This document shows positions 9,155-18,904 of a stretch of 32,000 nucleotides of DNA, one piece after another (positions within the stretch are counted from its first letter, which is position 1; each line of letters opens with the position of its first letter). The position numbers and the translations under genes are program-made. The notes below the pieces were generated by a model that ran no database searches, was not told the DNA's origin, and saw only the letters and a program-made list of their open reading frames with translations. The DNA is from Candidatus Harpocratesius repetitus. Lineage in GTDB: Archaea > Asgardarchaeota > Lokiarchaeia > Sigyniarchaeales > Promethearchaeaceae. The stretch lies in the NCBI GenBank assembly GCA_021498095.1, contig JAIZWK010000001.1, positions 2,850,001-2,882,000 on the forward strand, given 5' to 3'.

Positions 9155-10312
9155 TTAAATTTTCTTGCCCAATAATCGTTTGATTAGCATTAGCACCATT
9201 TTTGCATTCCCAACTCTATTTCGAAACATATTCAAATAAAGTTGGGTTGGATTAACTGGAGGTTCCTTTGTGTGTTCCTTATGCTTTAATTGTATCGCTT
9301 GAGGTTTGCATGTTGAAGTGCAAAGCCCACATCCAATACATCTGGTTAGATCTACATGAGCTTTCTTTTCAATCAGAGTAATTGCATCCATTTGACAACG
9401 TTTAACACAAATACCACATCCAATGCATTCATCTTCATTAACTACAGCATAATAATTAGAACTAAAGTATTGAGCAGGATTGTCGAGTGGCTTGGCAGAA
9501 GTTAAAACCTCACAACAACAACCGCAGCAAAGACAAATACAAAATGGTTTCTGAGAATTTGAAGGTTGAACTACCAAGCCTTCTTTTTCTGCCAAAGCTA
9601 AGATTTCAGATAATTCATTCTTATCTATATACCTACCCCAACCTAAATCATGAAAATTTTTAGCCGCACTACCAATAATGATGCACCATTCTCTTCGATC
9701 AGTTACTTTACAAGGTTTTCCAATTACATCATGACCTTGTTTGCAAACACAATTGGCGACTAATATTTGTTCTTCCAAATTTTCAACGATTTTTCGTATA
9801 TCATCATAAGGTAAAATGGGAAGATCACGTAAAACACTGTGTTCTGTTGGAACAGGTCGTAATTGCTGGGGATCACTTTTAAGGACTTCATCGCGAAATG
9901 CCTCATCCAAATATTGCTGAAAATCTTGAATAAAAGATTTATTTAATTTATTTACTTGAAATTCAAACATTCCAATTGCCAGCATAATAATTGAATATAT
10001 TTTGATACCTTTTCTGGTTATATGCTGAACAATAGAACCTTTTTTTGCCATATTCTCCAAAATATTTTCTAAATCTGTTTTAGAATTTACAATATTCCTT
10101 TTCTTGATACGCATATATATAGTATCTGCAGTCTCTGGCAAATAACTTAAATCAATAGCAATTGCTGCTTCTTGAGGGGTGAAAAGATGCTTCAAAATAC
10201 GGATTTCAACACCAGATTCTGTTTTTGGATATCCAATCGGCAATTGATCAAGTCGTTTTCGAAGCTTGAAATACACTTGATTATCAATTTTAGAAAGGGA
10301 TTGAGCACTCAT
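9155..10312 (-). CDS. 4Fe-4S dicluster domain iron-sulfur protein
   Basis: Two ferredoxin motifs (CIGCGICVKRC, CIGCGLCTSTC) plus CVC and CICLCCGCCC Cys clusters; N-terminal helical/HTH-like region. Confidence 0.85.
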   Translation of the reverse strand: MSAQSLSKIDNQVYFKLRKRLDQLPIGYPKTESGVEIRILKHLFTPQEAAIAIDLSYLPETADTIYMRIKKRNIVNSKTDLENILENMAKKGSIVQHITRKGIKIYSIIMLAIGMFEFQVNKLNKSFIQDFQQYLDEAFRDEVLKSDPQQLRPVPTEHSVLRDLPILPYDDIRKIVENLEEQILVANCVCKQGHDVIGKPCKVTDRREWCIIIGSAAKNFHDLGWGRYIDKNELSEILALAEKEGLVVQPSNSQKPFCICLCCGCCCEVLTSAKPLDNPAQYFSSNYYAVVNEDECIGCGICVKRCQMDAITLIEKKAHVDLTRCIGCGLCTSTCKPQAIQLKHKEHTKEPPVNPTQLYLNMFRNRVGNAKMVLMLIKRLLGKKI

Positions 10313-10610
10313 TTCAAATATTTTCCTTTTATCTTCAATTCAAATAAAAGTATTTAAAAGATTGTTTTAATATTGATGATTAAAATTATTAATCTTCCGA
10401 TTATCATGAAAAAAATATACAAAAATTGAAATCTTTAAAAGAAATTAAAATTATATTGAAAAAAGTCTTGATAATTCAGATATATCCATTATTTTGTTCA
10501 TTATCTTTCAATCACTTGTTAAACTCTGCAATTTTTAATAAATTTCTGGACTTCATTTAATATTATTTTTCAACGGAGAATTTTTAACTCTATTCTCCTA
10601 GTAACTTCAC

Positions 10611-11132
10611 ATGGTTGTGTTAGAAACATCCATCCAATTTCGAGGGCGAATGTTAGTTGAGAAGCAATATCCTGCTAATAAAGGAGGAAAATTTATTCAG
10701 AGTGATTTTCGAGATTTGATGTTCTCTTCATTGTCTGATTTTGCCACACATGTGTTTGATGAAGATCTTAAAGGCGTTACGATGGGTAATTATCACATTT
10801 TCAGAATTTCTCGCCCTCTACAATCAAACAATGATTTAAATAACAAAACTAACAAAAATAATTCAGAATCCAAATTAAAAAATGAAGAACCACCATTCGA
10901 AGAAGAAAATGATGAAATTATATCAATATATACAATTGCAGATAAAAAAACCAATCATAAAGTTATCCTTGAATGTATGAATACTGCTTTAGAGCAATTT
11001 TTAAATCGATACTCACTATTTGATATAAGGAATTTTAAAATCGATCATTTCAAATCCTTTGAAGAACGATTAATGAGTATTTTTGGAGATTTAGTGTATA
11101 CTACCGAAGATCGACTACGTTCTATATTTTAA
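10611..11132 (+). CDS. putative longin-like domain protein
   Basis: The residue pattern fits beta-beta-alpha-beta-beta-beta-alpha-alpha (VVLETSIQF/GRMLVEKQY, helix DLMFSSLSDFATHVF, VTMGNYHIFRIS, ISIYTIAD, helices ILECMNTALEQFLNRY and FKSFEERLMSIF). Fold inferred, not searched. Confidence 0.55.
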   Translation: MVVLETSIQFRGRMLVEKQYPANKGGKFIQSDFRDLMFSSLSDFATHVFDEDLKGVTMGNYHIFRISRPLQSNNDLNNKTNKNNSESKLKNEEPPFEEENDEIISIYTIADKKTNHKVILECMNTALEQFLNRYSLFDIRNFKIDHFKSFEERLMSIFGDLVYTTEDRLRSIF

Positions 11133-11330
11133 AATTTAAATACTAAATGATTAAAATACATTTCATCGTTTTTTTAAGTGATTTTACAAATTCAACCACT
11201 TATTTTCACCATCATTGTGTGGAATGAAAAGAATTAATAGGTTCTGAACCCAAATCATTTTAAGGTGTTTTCACACAATAATAACTATAGAGTTCTTGCT
11301 CCATTCTAAAAAAAAAAGGGATCGAATATT

Positions 11331-11861
11331 ATGGTTGACTTTGTGCTCAAAATTGTTTTATTAGGTGAAGGCGGTGTAGGAAAAACCTCTCTCGTCTACC
11401 GATATATCGAAAATAGATTCAGTCAAGATTTCAAATCCACATTAGGTGTCAATCTTTTAAAAAAAAAAGTAGCACTTGAAGATGAATTCGCAGGAAAATC
11501 AGCCTCAATTCAACTTTGGGATCTCGGTGGACAATCCGCATATCGAAAGTTAAGAAAGTTGTATTTAGAAGGTTCGCAAGGTGCTTTAGTCGTCTTTGAT
11601 GTCACATCACAAGCTAGCTTCGATGCTTTAGAAGATTGGATAGAATCATTGATAGAAATTCGGGGAAAAGAAGTACCCATGATTATAATTGGAAATAAAA
11701 TTGATCTTGAATCAGATAGGGTAATAAGCGAGGAGCAGGCTCTGGAATATGCAAAGAAATATAATACAGATGTTCTTTTTACTTCTGCAGCAACTGGTGA
11801 GAAAGTAGAAGATTCTTTTAAGGATCTGATAATGACAATTGTGCGCAAGATTTCAACATAA
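11331..11861 (+). CDS. Rab-like small GTPase (Ras superfamily)
   Basis: G1 GEGGVGKT, G2 FKSTLG, G3 WDLGGQ, G4 GNKID, G5 TSAA; no CAAX. Confidence 0.93.
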   Translation: MVDFVLKIVLLGEGGVGKTSLVYRYIENRFSQDFKSTLGVNLLKKKVALEDEFAGKSASIQLWDLGGQSAYRKLRKLYLEGSQGALVVFDVTSQASFDALEDWIESLIEIRGKEVPMIIIGNKIDLESDRVISEEQALEYAKKYNTDVLFTSAATGEKVEDSFKDLIMTIVRKIST

Positions 11862-12011
11862 TTTTTTCAATTTTGACTTCTTTTTAATTATTAAAAGCGA
11901 ATATAAAGAATTTTTGGATTCGTTTTCTTAACTTTTATACAACTCAATATGTTCCTATAAGTTTGCATTCATTTTCCTTAATATTCAATTATAATGAGTT
12001 ATTAATATTTT

Positions 12012-13304
12012 ATGTATATGAAAAGAACACCCAATTCTCAGCGAATTTTATTCTTTTTGTCCTCTTTAGCGTGGATAGGTGATTTTTGTAATTCAATGCT
12101 TGATATCTTGTTTATTTTTTATGCTGTGCAGTTAGGTTTTGAACCCGGTCCCATTGGGTTAATTTCTTCAATCTATGGTATTATTTATCTTATTACACCC
12201 GCACTTTTTGGAAAATTAATTGATAAACTCCCCCACCGCCAAAGTTTACTTATAGCAACCTCAGGACAAGCAGGAATTTCAATCATATACATATTTTTAA
12301 TTAATATGACTCCAGCACCTTCAAAAATTTTATTTTGGATTTTAGCAGGACAAGCATTTAGAGCTACAGCTTACGCTTTTTACTGGCCAACGATTGAAGT
12401 GTTATATTCTGAAACTGCACATGGTGATGAACGAAAACACGAACGTTATATTAGCTTCTTTTGTATTGCATGGTCTTTAGGGGCAGCTCTGGGAACGTCA
12501 TTTGCAGGCATTTTTGGAGAATGGATATTAATAAGTGGATTTATTATTACTTCAATAATTTATTTAATTGGATTTGGAATTGTTTATTGGGGTTTATCGA
12601 GCAGAAAAAGCGTGATCATAGAAAAAAGTAATAGTATCCAACAAAATGACAAAAAAAGGATTAGTAATTCAACTATAGAAATAAAAAAGCCAATATATTT
12701 TAATCCCACTCACCAAAATCTTTCAAAAACATCTATTACAACGGATTCAAGTCGAATGATCTGGCAAACTTTGATAGGCACTTTAGTCTTTGCAATTATT
12801 TCAAAAGGGATCTTAGCTTATGTTCCTAATTATGCAGTCATTCCTGAAGGCTTGGGATTGTCTAAATTAATTTCTGGGCAAATTGCATTTGCTTTTGGAA
12901 TCGGTCGTTTTCTGGGTTTCATAATGGGCCAGTTTATAACTAATTCATTCCGTAAATTAAGCCAAAATATGGGATTTGTGAGTATTTTTATGATTAGTGT
13001 AGCATTTAGCAGAAATTCTTGGTTATTGATTATAGAGCTTTTTATTATTGGATATGTGACAGGACGCATCTATTATATTGCCTTAGAGTTATTGATGAAA
13101 TATGTTACTCATGGAAAAGGTTCGAAAGCAGGATTATTTGAAAGTATAGTTGGATTGGGTTCGGGAATTTCACCTTTTATAGCGGGATGGTTGGCAGAAT
13201 GGAATTTGATTGCTCCTTTTTTCTTTTTCAGTCTAGTTGCGGGAATGGGATTTGTTTATTTAGTATTCCAAAGGAATTCCCAAAGATTTGACAAATCTCT
13301 CTAA
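12012..13304 (+). CDS. MFS transporter
   Basis: About 12 hydrophobic segments in two halves with a central hydrophilic loop; motif A-like GKLIDKLPHR. Confidence 0.85.
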   Translation: MYMKRTPNSQRILFFLSSLAWIGDFCNSMLDILFIFYAVQLGFEPGPIGLISSIYGIIYLITPALFGKLIDKLPHRQSLLIATSGQAGISIIYIFLINMTPAPSKILFWILAGQAFRATAYAFYWPTIEVLYSETAHGDERKHERYISFFCIAWSLGAALGTSFAGIFGEWILISGFIITSIIYLIGFGIVYWGLSSRKSVIIEKSNSIQQNDKKRISNSTIEIKKPIYFNPTHQNLSKTSITTDSSRMIWQTLIGTLVFAIISKGILAYVPNYAVIPEGLGLSKLISGQIAFAFGIGRFLGFIMGQFITNSFRKLSQNMGFVSIFMISVAFSRNSWLLIIELFIIGYVTGRIYYIALELLMKYVTHGKGSKAGLFESIVGLGSGISPFIAGWLAEWNLIAPFFFFSLVAGMGFVYLVFQRNSQRFDKSL

Positions 13305-13365
13305 TAATAATAAATAAAAAATGGTTAGAATAATCTTTTTTTTCTAAAAATAGTATAGTGATACT

Positions 13366-13974
13366 TCAGTGATTTCTTTTATCGAATTTATTTAAAATTC
13401 GAATCGAACTATAATAGAGTAATGCTTCAAAGAGACGATTTCCATTCTTTGGTATCTTTCCCATTAATCGATTTCTATAAGCATCAACAGTATTTCCATA
13501 TAAATTACCAAGGGTAATCATCCAGCAAGATGCGATGATTTGCTTCGCCCGATGCATCCCATAATACCGAATCAATTCTAATAAAGATTTTCTACTTGGG
13601 TTTTCATGTGATTCAGCAAAATGCTGGGCAAATGCCAAAGCAGGAAATTCTTCGTGATCAGCACAAGATAAATCTTTATCTAATAATTGTTGGATTTCTT
13701 GTTCTTCACATCCACTTTCAATTGCTACCTGCATGTGAAAATAAGAGCAATATGGACAATCATTCACTGAAGTAACCGCTAGAAGAATCCGTTCTTGAAA
13801 TTTCCGAGAAATTTTTGGATGAATCAGCAATTCTCGAAAACAAGAAAGGTGCTTTAATACTCGAGCAATTAAATTGAAATTTTCTTTCCAATTTAAGCTT
13901 CTTTTTGTAAATCCTCTTTTTGCTAGAGTCAATGTAGAATGATGTAAAATTTCAACCGAATCCATTAATAACAT
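13366..13974 (-). CDS. carboxymuconolactone decarboxylase / AhpD-like protein
   Basis: ERILLAVTSVNDCPYCSYFH (AhpD CxxC-H motif). The ATG at 13974 (or 13965) is preferred over the TTG at 14034. Confidence 0.82.
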   Translation of the reverse strand: MLLMDSVEILHHSTLTLAKRGFTKRSLNWKENFNLIARVLKHLSCFRELLIHPKISRKFQERILLAVTSVNDCPYCSYFHMQVAIESGCEEQEIQQLLDKDLSCADHEEFPALAFAQHFAESHENPSRKSLLELIRYYGMHRAKQIIASCWMITLGNLYGNTVDAYRNRLMGKIPKNGNRLFEALLYYSSIRILNKFDKRNH

Positions 13975-14154
13975 GAATACCAAGCGGAATTTAAAGATAT
14001 TGGATAGAAATATTAAAATATTTAAGTAAACCAATCTTAGTTAAAGAGGAAAAAAGAAAATACTAAAAGAATAGAGGAAATGATAAATAGAAAAAATGAA
14101 ACAAAAAAAGAATCACAAAAAAAAATATGATCATTAAAAGATGAACATTGAAAA

Positions 14155-14442
14155 TTATAATAATTTTTCAATCTCATTAATTTTGTTCCAAATCTCGACC
14201 CCTTTTTCGGTTAGGTAAATTACCTTATTGTTATCCTTATCCAGTTTATACGCAATGATATCATGTTTCAGTAAATCATTTTTGACTCGAAAGTAGATAT
14301 TTGGGTAAGAATTCGAATCAACGAGACGCTTGAAAAAATCAGATTGTAATACTTCACAATTGGGATAATCTGCTAAAATTTCAAGCGTTTCGGAAAATCC
14401 TCTGCGCCTAAATAATCTAAAAAACTTTGTATTGTTCGACAT
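14155..14442 (-). CDS. winged helix-turn-helix DNA-binding protein
   Basis: 95 aa ending in the wing motif VIYLTEKGVEIWNKI typical of MarR/ArsR-like archaeal wHTH proteins. Confidence 0.7.
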   Translation of the reverse strand: MSNNTKFFRLFRRRGFSETLEILADYPNCEVLQSDFFKRLVDSNSYPNIYFRVKNDLLKHDIIAYKLDKDNNKVIYLTEKGVEIWNKINEIEKLL

Positions 14443-14714
14443 GTCTAATCCCCATTTGTATTTTTGGGAATAACCAATATATACAATTAAGATATAAGAT
14501 TTATTGATTAGTAAAAAACCGAATACTATTTAAAAATTTGGAAGGGTAGAAAATCTATCATAGCAATGAAGAAATTTTAGCACCCATATGGGAAATAGAA
14601 CAAATTATATATTTTTATTAAAATTTTCAACCAAAAATATAGTTTTCATATTTTTCAATTGTTTTAATTTTTGCGAAAATTTCAAAATAATTGCAGTATT
14701 ACGTGAATTCGATC

Positions 14715-16256
14715 ATGGATATTGAATTTGCCATAATCGGATCAGGAATTGCTGGTTGTAAACTTGCTTATTATATTTCACAGATTGCTTCATGTGTGCT
14801 AATTGAGAAAGAGAATCAAATAAAACCTTATTCAAAAGCCAAGATAATTTGTAAACATTCTTGGAAATGGTATTCTGAGCTTAATTTTGAAGACATGGCT
14901 TCTTCAAAAATTCCATTTTTTCCCCATTGGAAAACAATTTATGCAAGCCGAAATCGGGAAGTATTCATAGATGGAAATGAATTTGGGGAACAATTAGGAG
15001 TAGTTATTAACGAATTTGATATTCGAGATTGGTATTTACGAAATTCAAATCAAAAAAACTTGAAAATTTTTTGGAATACAGAATGTATTGACATTCAACA
15101 ACTTACAACTGAAAAAGAGAAAAGAAAGTCAAATAATAAAAAGGACAAAAAGAAAAAATGGCAATTGATTCTAAAAAATAATTCTCCAAATTCAACAAAT
15201 GAATTAATTTCTTCCCAGAGTATTTTCAATATGCAGGAAAATCTGCAGAAAATTGAAGCCAATTGCATTATTCTTGCCACAGGTTCATCAGGGTTAACTT
15301 CACCAAAGTTAGATTTATCAAATTTATCAAATTTATCAAATTTATCAAATTTATCAAATTTATCAAATTTATCAAATTCATCAAATTCATCAAATTCATC
15401 AAATTCATCAAATTCATCAAATTCATCAAATTCCCTGCATAAAATTTTAGGTTTTACAAAACCTCAATCGTTTAATACGATAGTTTGTACTTTTTACGCC
15501 CCAAAAGAAGTATTGGATCGAAATCTGCCAATGCAGTATTTGTATCGTTTGCATCCTCAAATCAGTAAGAGTGGAATGCTTTTTATAAATCGTTTTATTG
15601 ATTTTTTTGATATTGGATTTGTAGATGAGAGACCATATTCAGAAATGTCAGAAAAATTCTTGAGAATTTTAAAAAATTACGCACCAATACAACCCTTTTT
15701 GCAACAAGTTACACCAAATCCCAGTGAGTTATCCAATCAAGATTTTTTTTTTGGGACTACAAGTATAGGTAGAATTCCTTCATTAGTTCAAGATGGGGCA
15801 GCTGTTGTTGGTGATGCGGGTGGATTGCTATATTCAATGTATTTTGAAGGAACTATTGGAATTGGTGCCTCAACTACTATTTTAACTGAAGTTTTAAAAG
15901 AAATATTTAATAAAGGTGAATCTTATTCAGAGCAAAATCTAAAAGAGTATGAAAAACAACTTGAAATATCAATTGGAAAGCGATATTTGACCGCAGGAAA
16001 GATGGCAAGGGAACTTTTTTTTCTTTTCGGAGAAACACCTCCTTTTTCTATCTGGGATACATATTTGCAAAACATCGAAGATATTCAAAAAGTGCGGAAG
16101 AATATTCATCATGCTTATGTATACCCGCATCTAGATAAATATCCAATCGACAATGATTTATGGGTTGGAGAGAAACTCTTTCAACGATTACCAGCTGCTA
16201 AAAAATTTGTACTTCTACCTAAATTTCTTGAATTCAAGTTAAAGTATTCTTTTTAA
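14715..16256 (+). CDS. FAD-dependent oxidoreductase, geranylgeranyl reductase-like family
   Basis: Rossmann motif AIIGSGIAG...LIEK, ANCIILATG and VVGDAGG. The ATG at 14715 is preferred over the TTG at 14691. Contains low-complexity insertions. Confidence 0.78.
   Translation: MDIEFAIIGSGIAGCKLAYYISQIASCVLIEKENQIKPYSKAKIICKHSWKWYSELNFEDMASSKIPFFPHWKTIYASRNREVFIDGNEFGEQLGVVINEFDIRDWYLRNSNQKNLKIFWNTECIDIQQLTTEKEKRKSNNKKDKKKKWQLILKNNSPNSTNELISSQSIFNMQENLQKIEANCIILATGSSGLTSPKLDLSNLSNLSNLSNLSNLSNLSNSSNSSNSSNSSNSSNSSNSLHKILGFTKPQSFNTIVCTFYAPKEVLDRNLPMQYLYRLHPQISKSGMLFINRFIDFFDIGFVDERPYSEMSEKFLRILKNYAPIQPFLQQVTPNPSELSNQDFFFGTTSIGRIPSLVQDGAAVVGDAGGLLYSMYFEGTIGIGASTTILTEVLKEIFNKGESYSEQNLKEYEKQLEISIGKRYLTAGKMARELFFLFGETPPFSIWDTYLQNIEDIQKVRKNIHHAYVYPHLDKYPIDNDLWVGEKLFQRLPAAKKFVLLPKFLEFKLKYSF
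15315..15431 (+). repeat. in-frame 9-bp tandem repeat: (TTATCAAAT)x7 then (TCATCAAAT)x6, encoding (LSN)7(SSN)6
   Basis: Units were counted directly: 15315-15377 and 15378-15431, 117 bp in total, frame preserved. Confidence 0.97.
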
Positions 16257-16426
16257 GAAAATCTAAATAAATAAGGGAGTGTAGCAGAATAATATGAAGA
16301 TTTGAGAAACAGATATATTTTTTATTTACTAGAGATAGAAAAATGAATGGATAGCAAATTCTATCTATCAACGTTCTTTCATTGCTACATATAATATAGA
16401 ATAGAATATTTTTTCAATTGTGTTTT

Positions 16427-16855
16427 TCATAAACGATATAAATAACCATCAAAATCACTATCAACAGCAAGGATATTTAAAATTCCATTCTCACGACAAA
16501 TCGCAATATTAGTTGCATCAACAAAACTCAAATATTTATTTTTATTTTTGGCTTTCTGATTATGAATGAAGAAAATCTTCCAAGCTAATGAATTAATATG
16601 TTGACTGGATTCATAAATTCGTATAAACTTCTTTTTACCATAAATTAATTCCCAAAATGCTTTCAAAGTTGTTGGATTATTGTGTGTGCGTAATAAAATA
16701 ATTGTTGCTGTCTCAGAAATTACATATGATGAAGTAAATATTAATCCATACTTTCCTGAACTTATTTTTCTAAAATTTTTTTTACATAAATTATGATTTA
16801 TATCTTTTTTATGTAATAATCCCAAAAAAAAACCAGTATCTAAAAACACTCCCAT
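16427..16855 (-). CDS. vapC: PIN-domain ribonuclease toxin (VapC family)
   Basis: VFLDTG, YVISET, LSFVDAT and LAVDSDFD carry the conserved PIN acidic residues. Confidence 0.9.
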   Translation of the reverse strand: MGVFLDTGFFLGLLHKKDINHNLCKKNFRKISSGKYGLIFTSSYVISETATIILLRTHNNPTTLKAFWELIYGKKKFIRIYESSQHINSLAWKIFFIHNQKAKNKNKYLSFVDATNIAICRENGILNILAVDSDFDGYLYRL

Positions 16856-16864
16856 TAAAAAGAC

Positions 16865-17149
16865 CTACATGCAATAAATATCTTTATCAATTTCGTTAGC
16901 AGATGAAAGAGATAAATCATATGGAACTTCATCGAATTTTTCAATTTCATTAATAATTTCTTCTGCTAATTGAGGAGTCAATTTGGGCATGTTAGAAGCT
17001 CGAATTATTAGCTCATCAAAATTATCTTGAGCAAATTCAATGCATAAATCCACGATCTCTTGTTGAGTAAATCTTTTTCCAATTTGAAGAGTTAATTTTG
17101 CCTGAAGTTGATCGATTATTTCTTTATTTGTTGTTTTAATTACTGCCAT
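16865..17149 (-). CDS. putative antitoxin (VapB-like)
   Basis: 94-aa protein 9 nt upstream of vapC on the same strand, with an acidic C-terminus; assigned mainly by position. Confidence 0.7.
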   Translation of the reverse strand: MAVIKTTNKEIIDQLQAKLTLQIGKRFTQQEIVDLCIEFAQDNFDELIIRASNMPKLTPQLAEEIINEIEKFDEVPYDLSLSSANEIDKDIYCM

Positions 17150-17152
17150 GAG

Positions 17153-17186
17153 GTAACTTAGTAACTATTAATTATTAAATATAATC
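17153..17186 (-). promoter_or_regulatory. candidate TATA box and operator repeat for the TA operon
   Basis: Minus-strand TTATATTTAA about 30 nt upstream of the ATG. A GTAACT direct repeat (17153-17158, 17161-17166) lies between the TATA box and the start codon. Confidence 0.35.
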
Positions 17187-17398
17187 TAATGATTAATCTA
17201 ATTCTGTCTTCTTTAAAATTTTCTGTTAGCAATTTTTCAATTCAGTAAAAGACAAAAGCAAATTTTTATCTATTCAGAGGAAGAAAATTATATAAATCTT
17301 TTTTGCAATTCAATTTGCTACTCCATGAATCTTTGTTAAATTATAAGTAAAAAAATGGAATTAGCAAATAACAAAAAAAAAAATACAAGTGATACTGT

Positions 17399-18889
17399 AT
17401 GACTGAAGAAAACGTTGATAATCGGGTAGTAACAGAAGAACTCCTTTTTCGTCCAAGGATGAAGCCAAATACACCAGGAAAGCTTAAATATGGTCGAACT
17501 TTCCTAATTGGTTTGGCCTTTTTCTGTTCTTCCTTAGCTTGGAATTATTATAATTTTATTATGCCGATTTTGCTGAAAGATTATTATAAAAGCATGGGAA
17601 TCGTACAAGGTATTGATACTTCTATTGGTATTGTCATGATTTTGGATAATATAATAGCAATATTACTGCTTCCAATTTTTGGTGCATTATCAGATAAAAC
17701 TAGATCAAAGTTTGGTAAACGAATGCCATATATTATAATTGGAACAACATCAGCAATAATTGCTTTTTCTGTTATCGGATTGCTATCCCATAATAGAGGA
17801 GTCGCAGCTTTTGTTGGATTTATTGCCGTTGTGATGTGGTTTAACTTTTCAATGGCATTTTTCCGCAGCGCAAGCGTCTCTCTTATGCCAGATTTGACCG
17901 ATCCAGAAGTACGATCTACAGGTAATGCCATTATTAATTTAATGGGTGCTTTTGCAATGGTTATTGCTTTAGCTGGTCCTACAATAATGAAAATGTTTTT
18001 CGATATTCGGTGGATTCCAGAAGAAAATAAAACTCGAGCCGGAGGTTTTTATTATGTTAGTATTCTTACCGCTTTAGCTTTGTTAATCTTATTTTTAACG
18101 ATTAAGGAAACCCCTACCGGCAAAAAGTTTATGGAAATCGCAGATCATCCTATTGCAGTAGATCCAATTTCCTTGGAATATATTGGTGAAAATGTCGAAG
18201 GCAACGAGAAAAAGGAAACGATATGGCAAAGTTTGAAAGCAATTTTCACCGAAAAAGAAAAAAGTGCAGTATTCATGCTACTCGTAATTTTCACATGGTT
18301 TTTGGGTTATAATGCAATGGATACTTACTATTCTCTTTATGCTACCCAATATATGGGATGGGAAGAAGCAAGTGCCTCACAAGCTTTAATGATTGCTCCA
18401 GTAACAATGATCATTACGGCAGTTTTCTCTGGAAAAATAGCTGAAAAAATTGGTAGAAAACGAACAATATTTATAGGCTTAATTGGACTCAGTATTACCG
18501 TTTTTATCATGATGTTCATGAAATCTTTTCCAATGATAGTATTAATGATCGCAATTATAGGAATTTTTTATGGTATGATTAATATCAATACAATTGTAAT
18601 AATCTGGCAAATGGCACCTAAAGGCAAACTTGGAACTTATACTGGAGCGTATTATTTCTTCAGCCAAATGTCTGCCACCATTGGACCATTAGCTGCAGGA
18701 GCCACCTTTGATTTATATAAGATAATAACACATCCTGTTGAAGGCGCACAATATTTCATGTTATTCCCATATTTGATATTTTGGGAGTTAATTGCGATGA
18801 TTTTTCTAAGTCGAGTTAAAAGAGGAGAAGCCAAAAGCTTTACCAAAAAACAGATTGATGAATTAAGAGATAAATATGAGGAGGACTAA
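17399..18889 (+). CDS. MFS transporter (GPH/SLC45-like sugar-cation symporter type)
   Basis: FGALSDKTRSKFGKRMPYI and GKIAEKIGRKR motifs; about 12 TM segments. Confidence 0.88.
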   Translation: MTEENVDNRVVTEELLFRPRMKPNTPGKLKYGRTFLIGLAFFCSSLAWNYYNFIMPILLKDYYKSMGIVQGIDTSIGIVMILDNIIAILLLPIFGALSDKTRSKFGKRMPYIIIGTTSAIIAFSVIGLLSHNRGVAAFVGFIAVVMWFNFSMAFFRSASVSLMPDLTDPEVRSTGNAIINLMGAFAMVIALAGPTIMKMFFDIRWIPEENKTRAGGFYYVSILTALALLILFLTIKETPTGKKFMEIADHPIAVDPISLEYIGENVEGNEKKETIWQSLKAIFTEKEKSAVFMLLVIFTWFLGYNAMDTYYSLYATQYMGWEEASASQALMIAPVTMIITAVFSGKIAEKIGRKRTIFIGLIGLSITVFIMMFMKSFPMIVLMIAIIGIFYGMININTIVIIWQMAPKGKLGTYTGAYYFFSQMSATIGPLAAGATFDLYKIITHPVEGAQYFMLFPYLIFWELIAMIFLSRVKRGEAKSFTKKQIDELRDKYEED

Positions 18890-18904
18890 AGGAGGTAAAC
18901 AATT

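Noticed and set aside
15315-15431. Repeat array as a CRISPR
   Set aside because: Head-to-tail 9-bp units with no spacers, inside a CDS, and no cas genes in the window.
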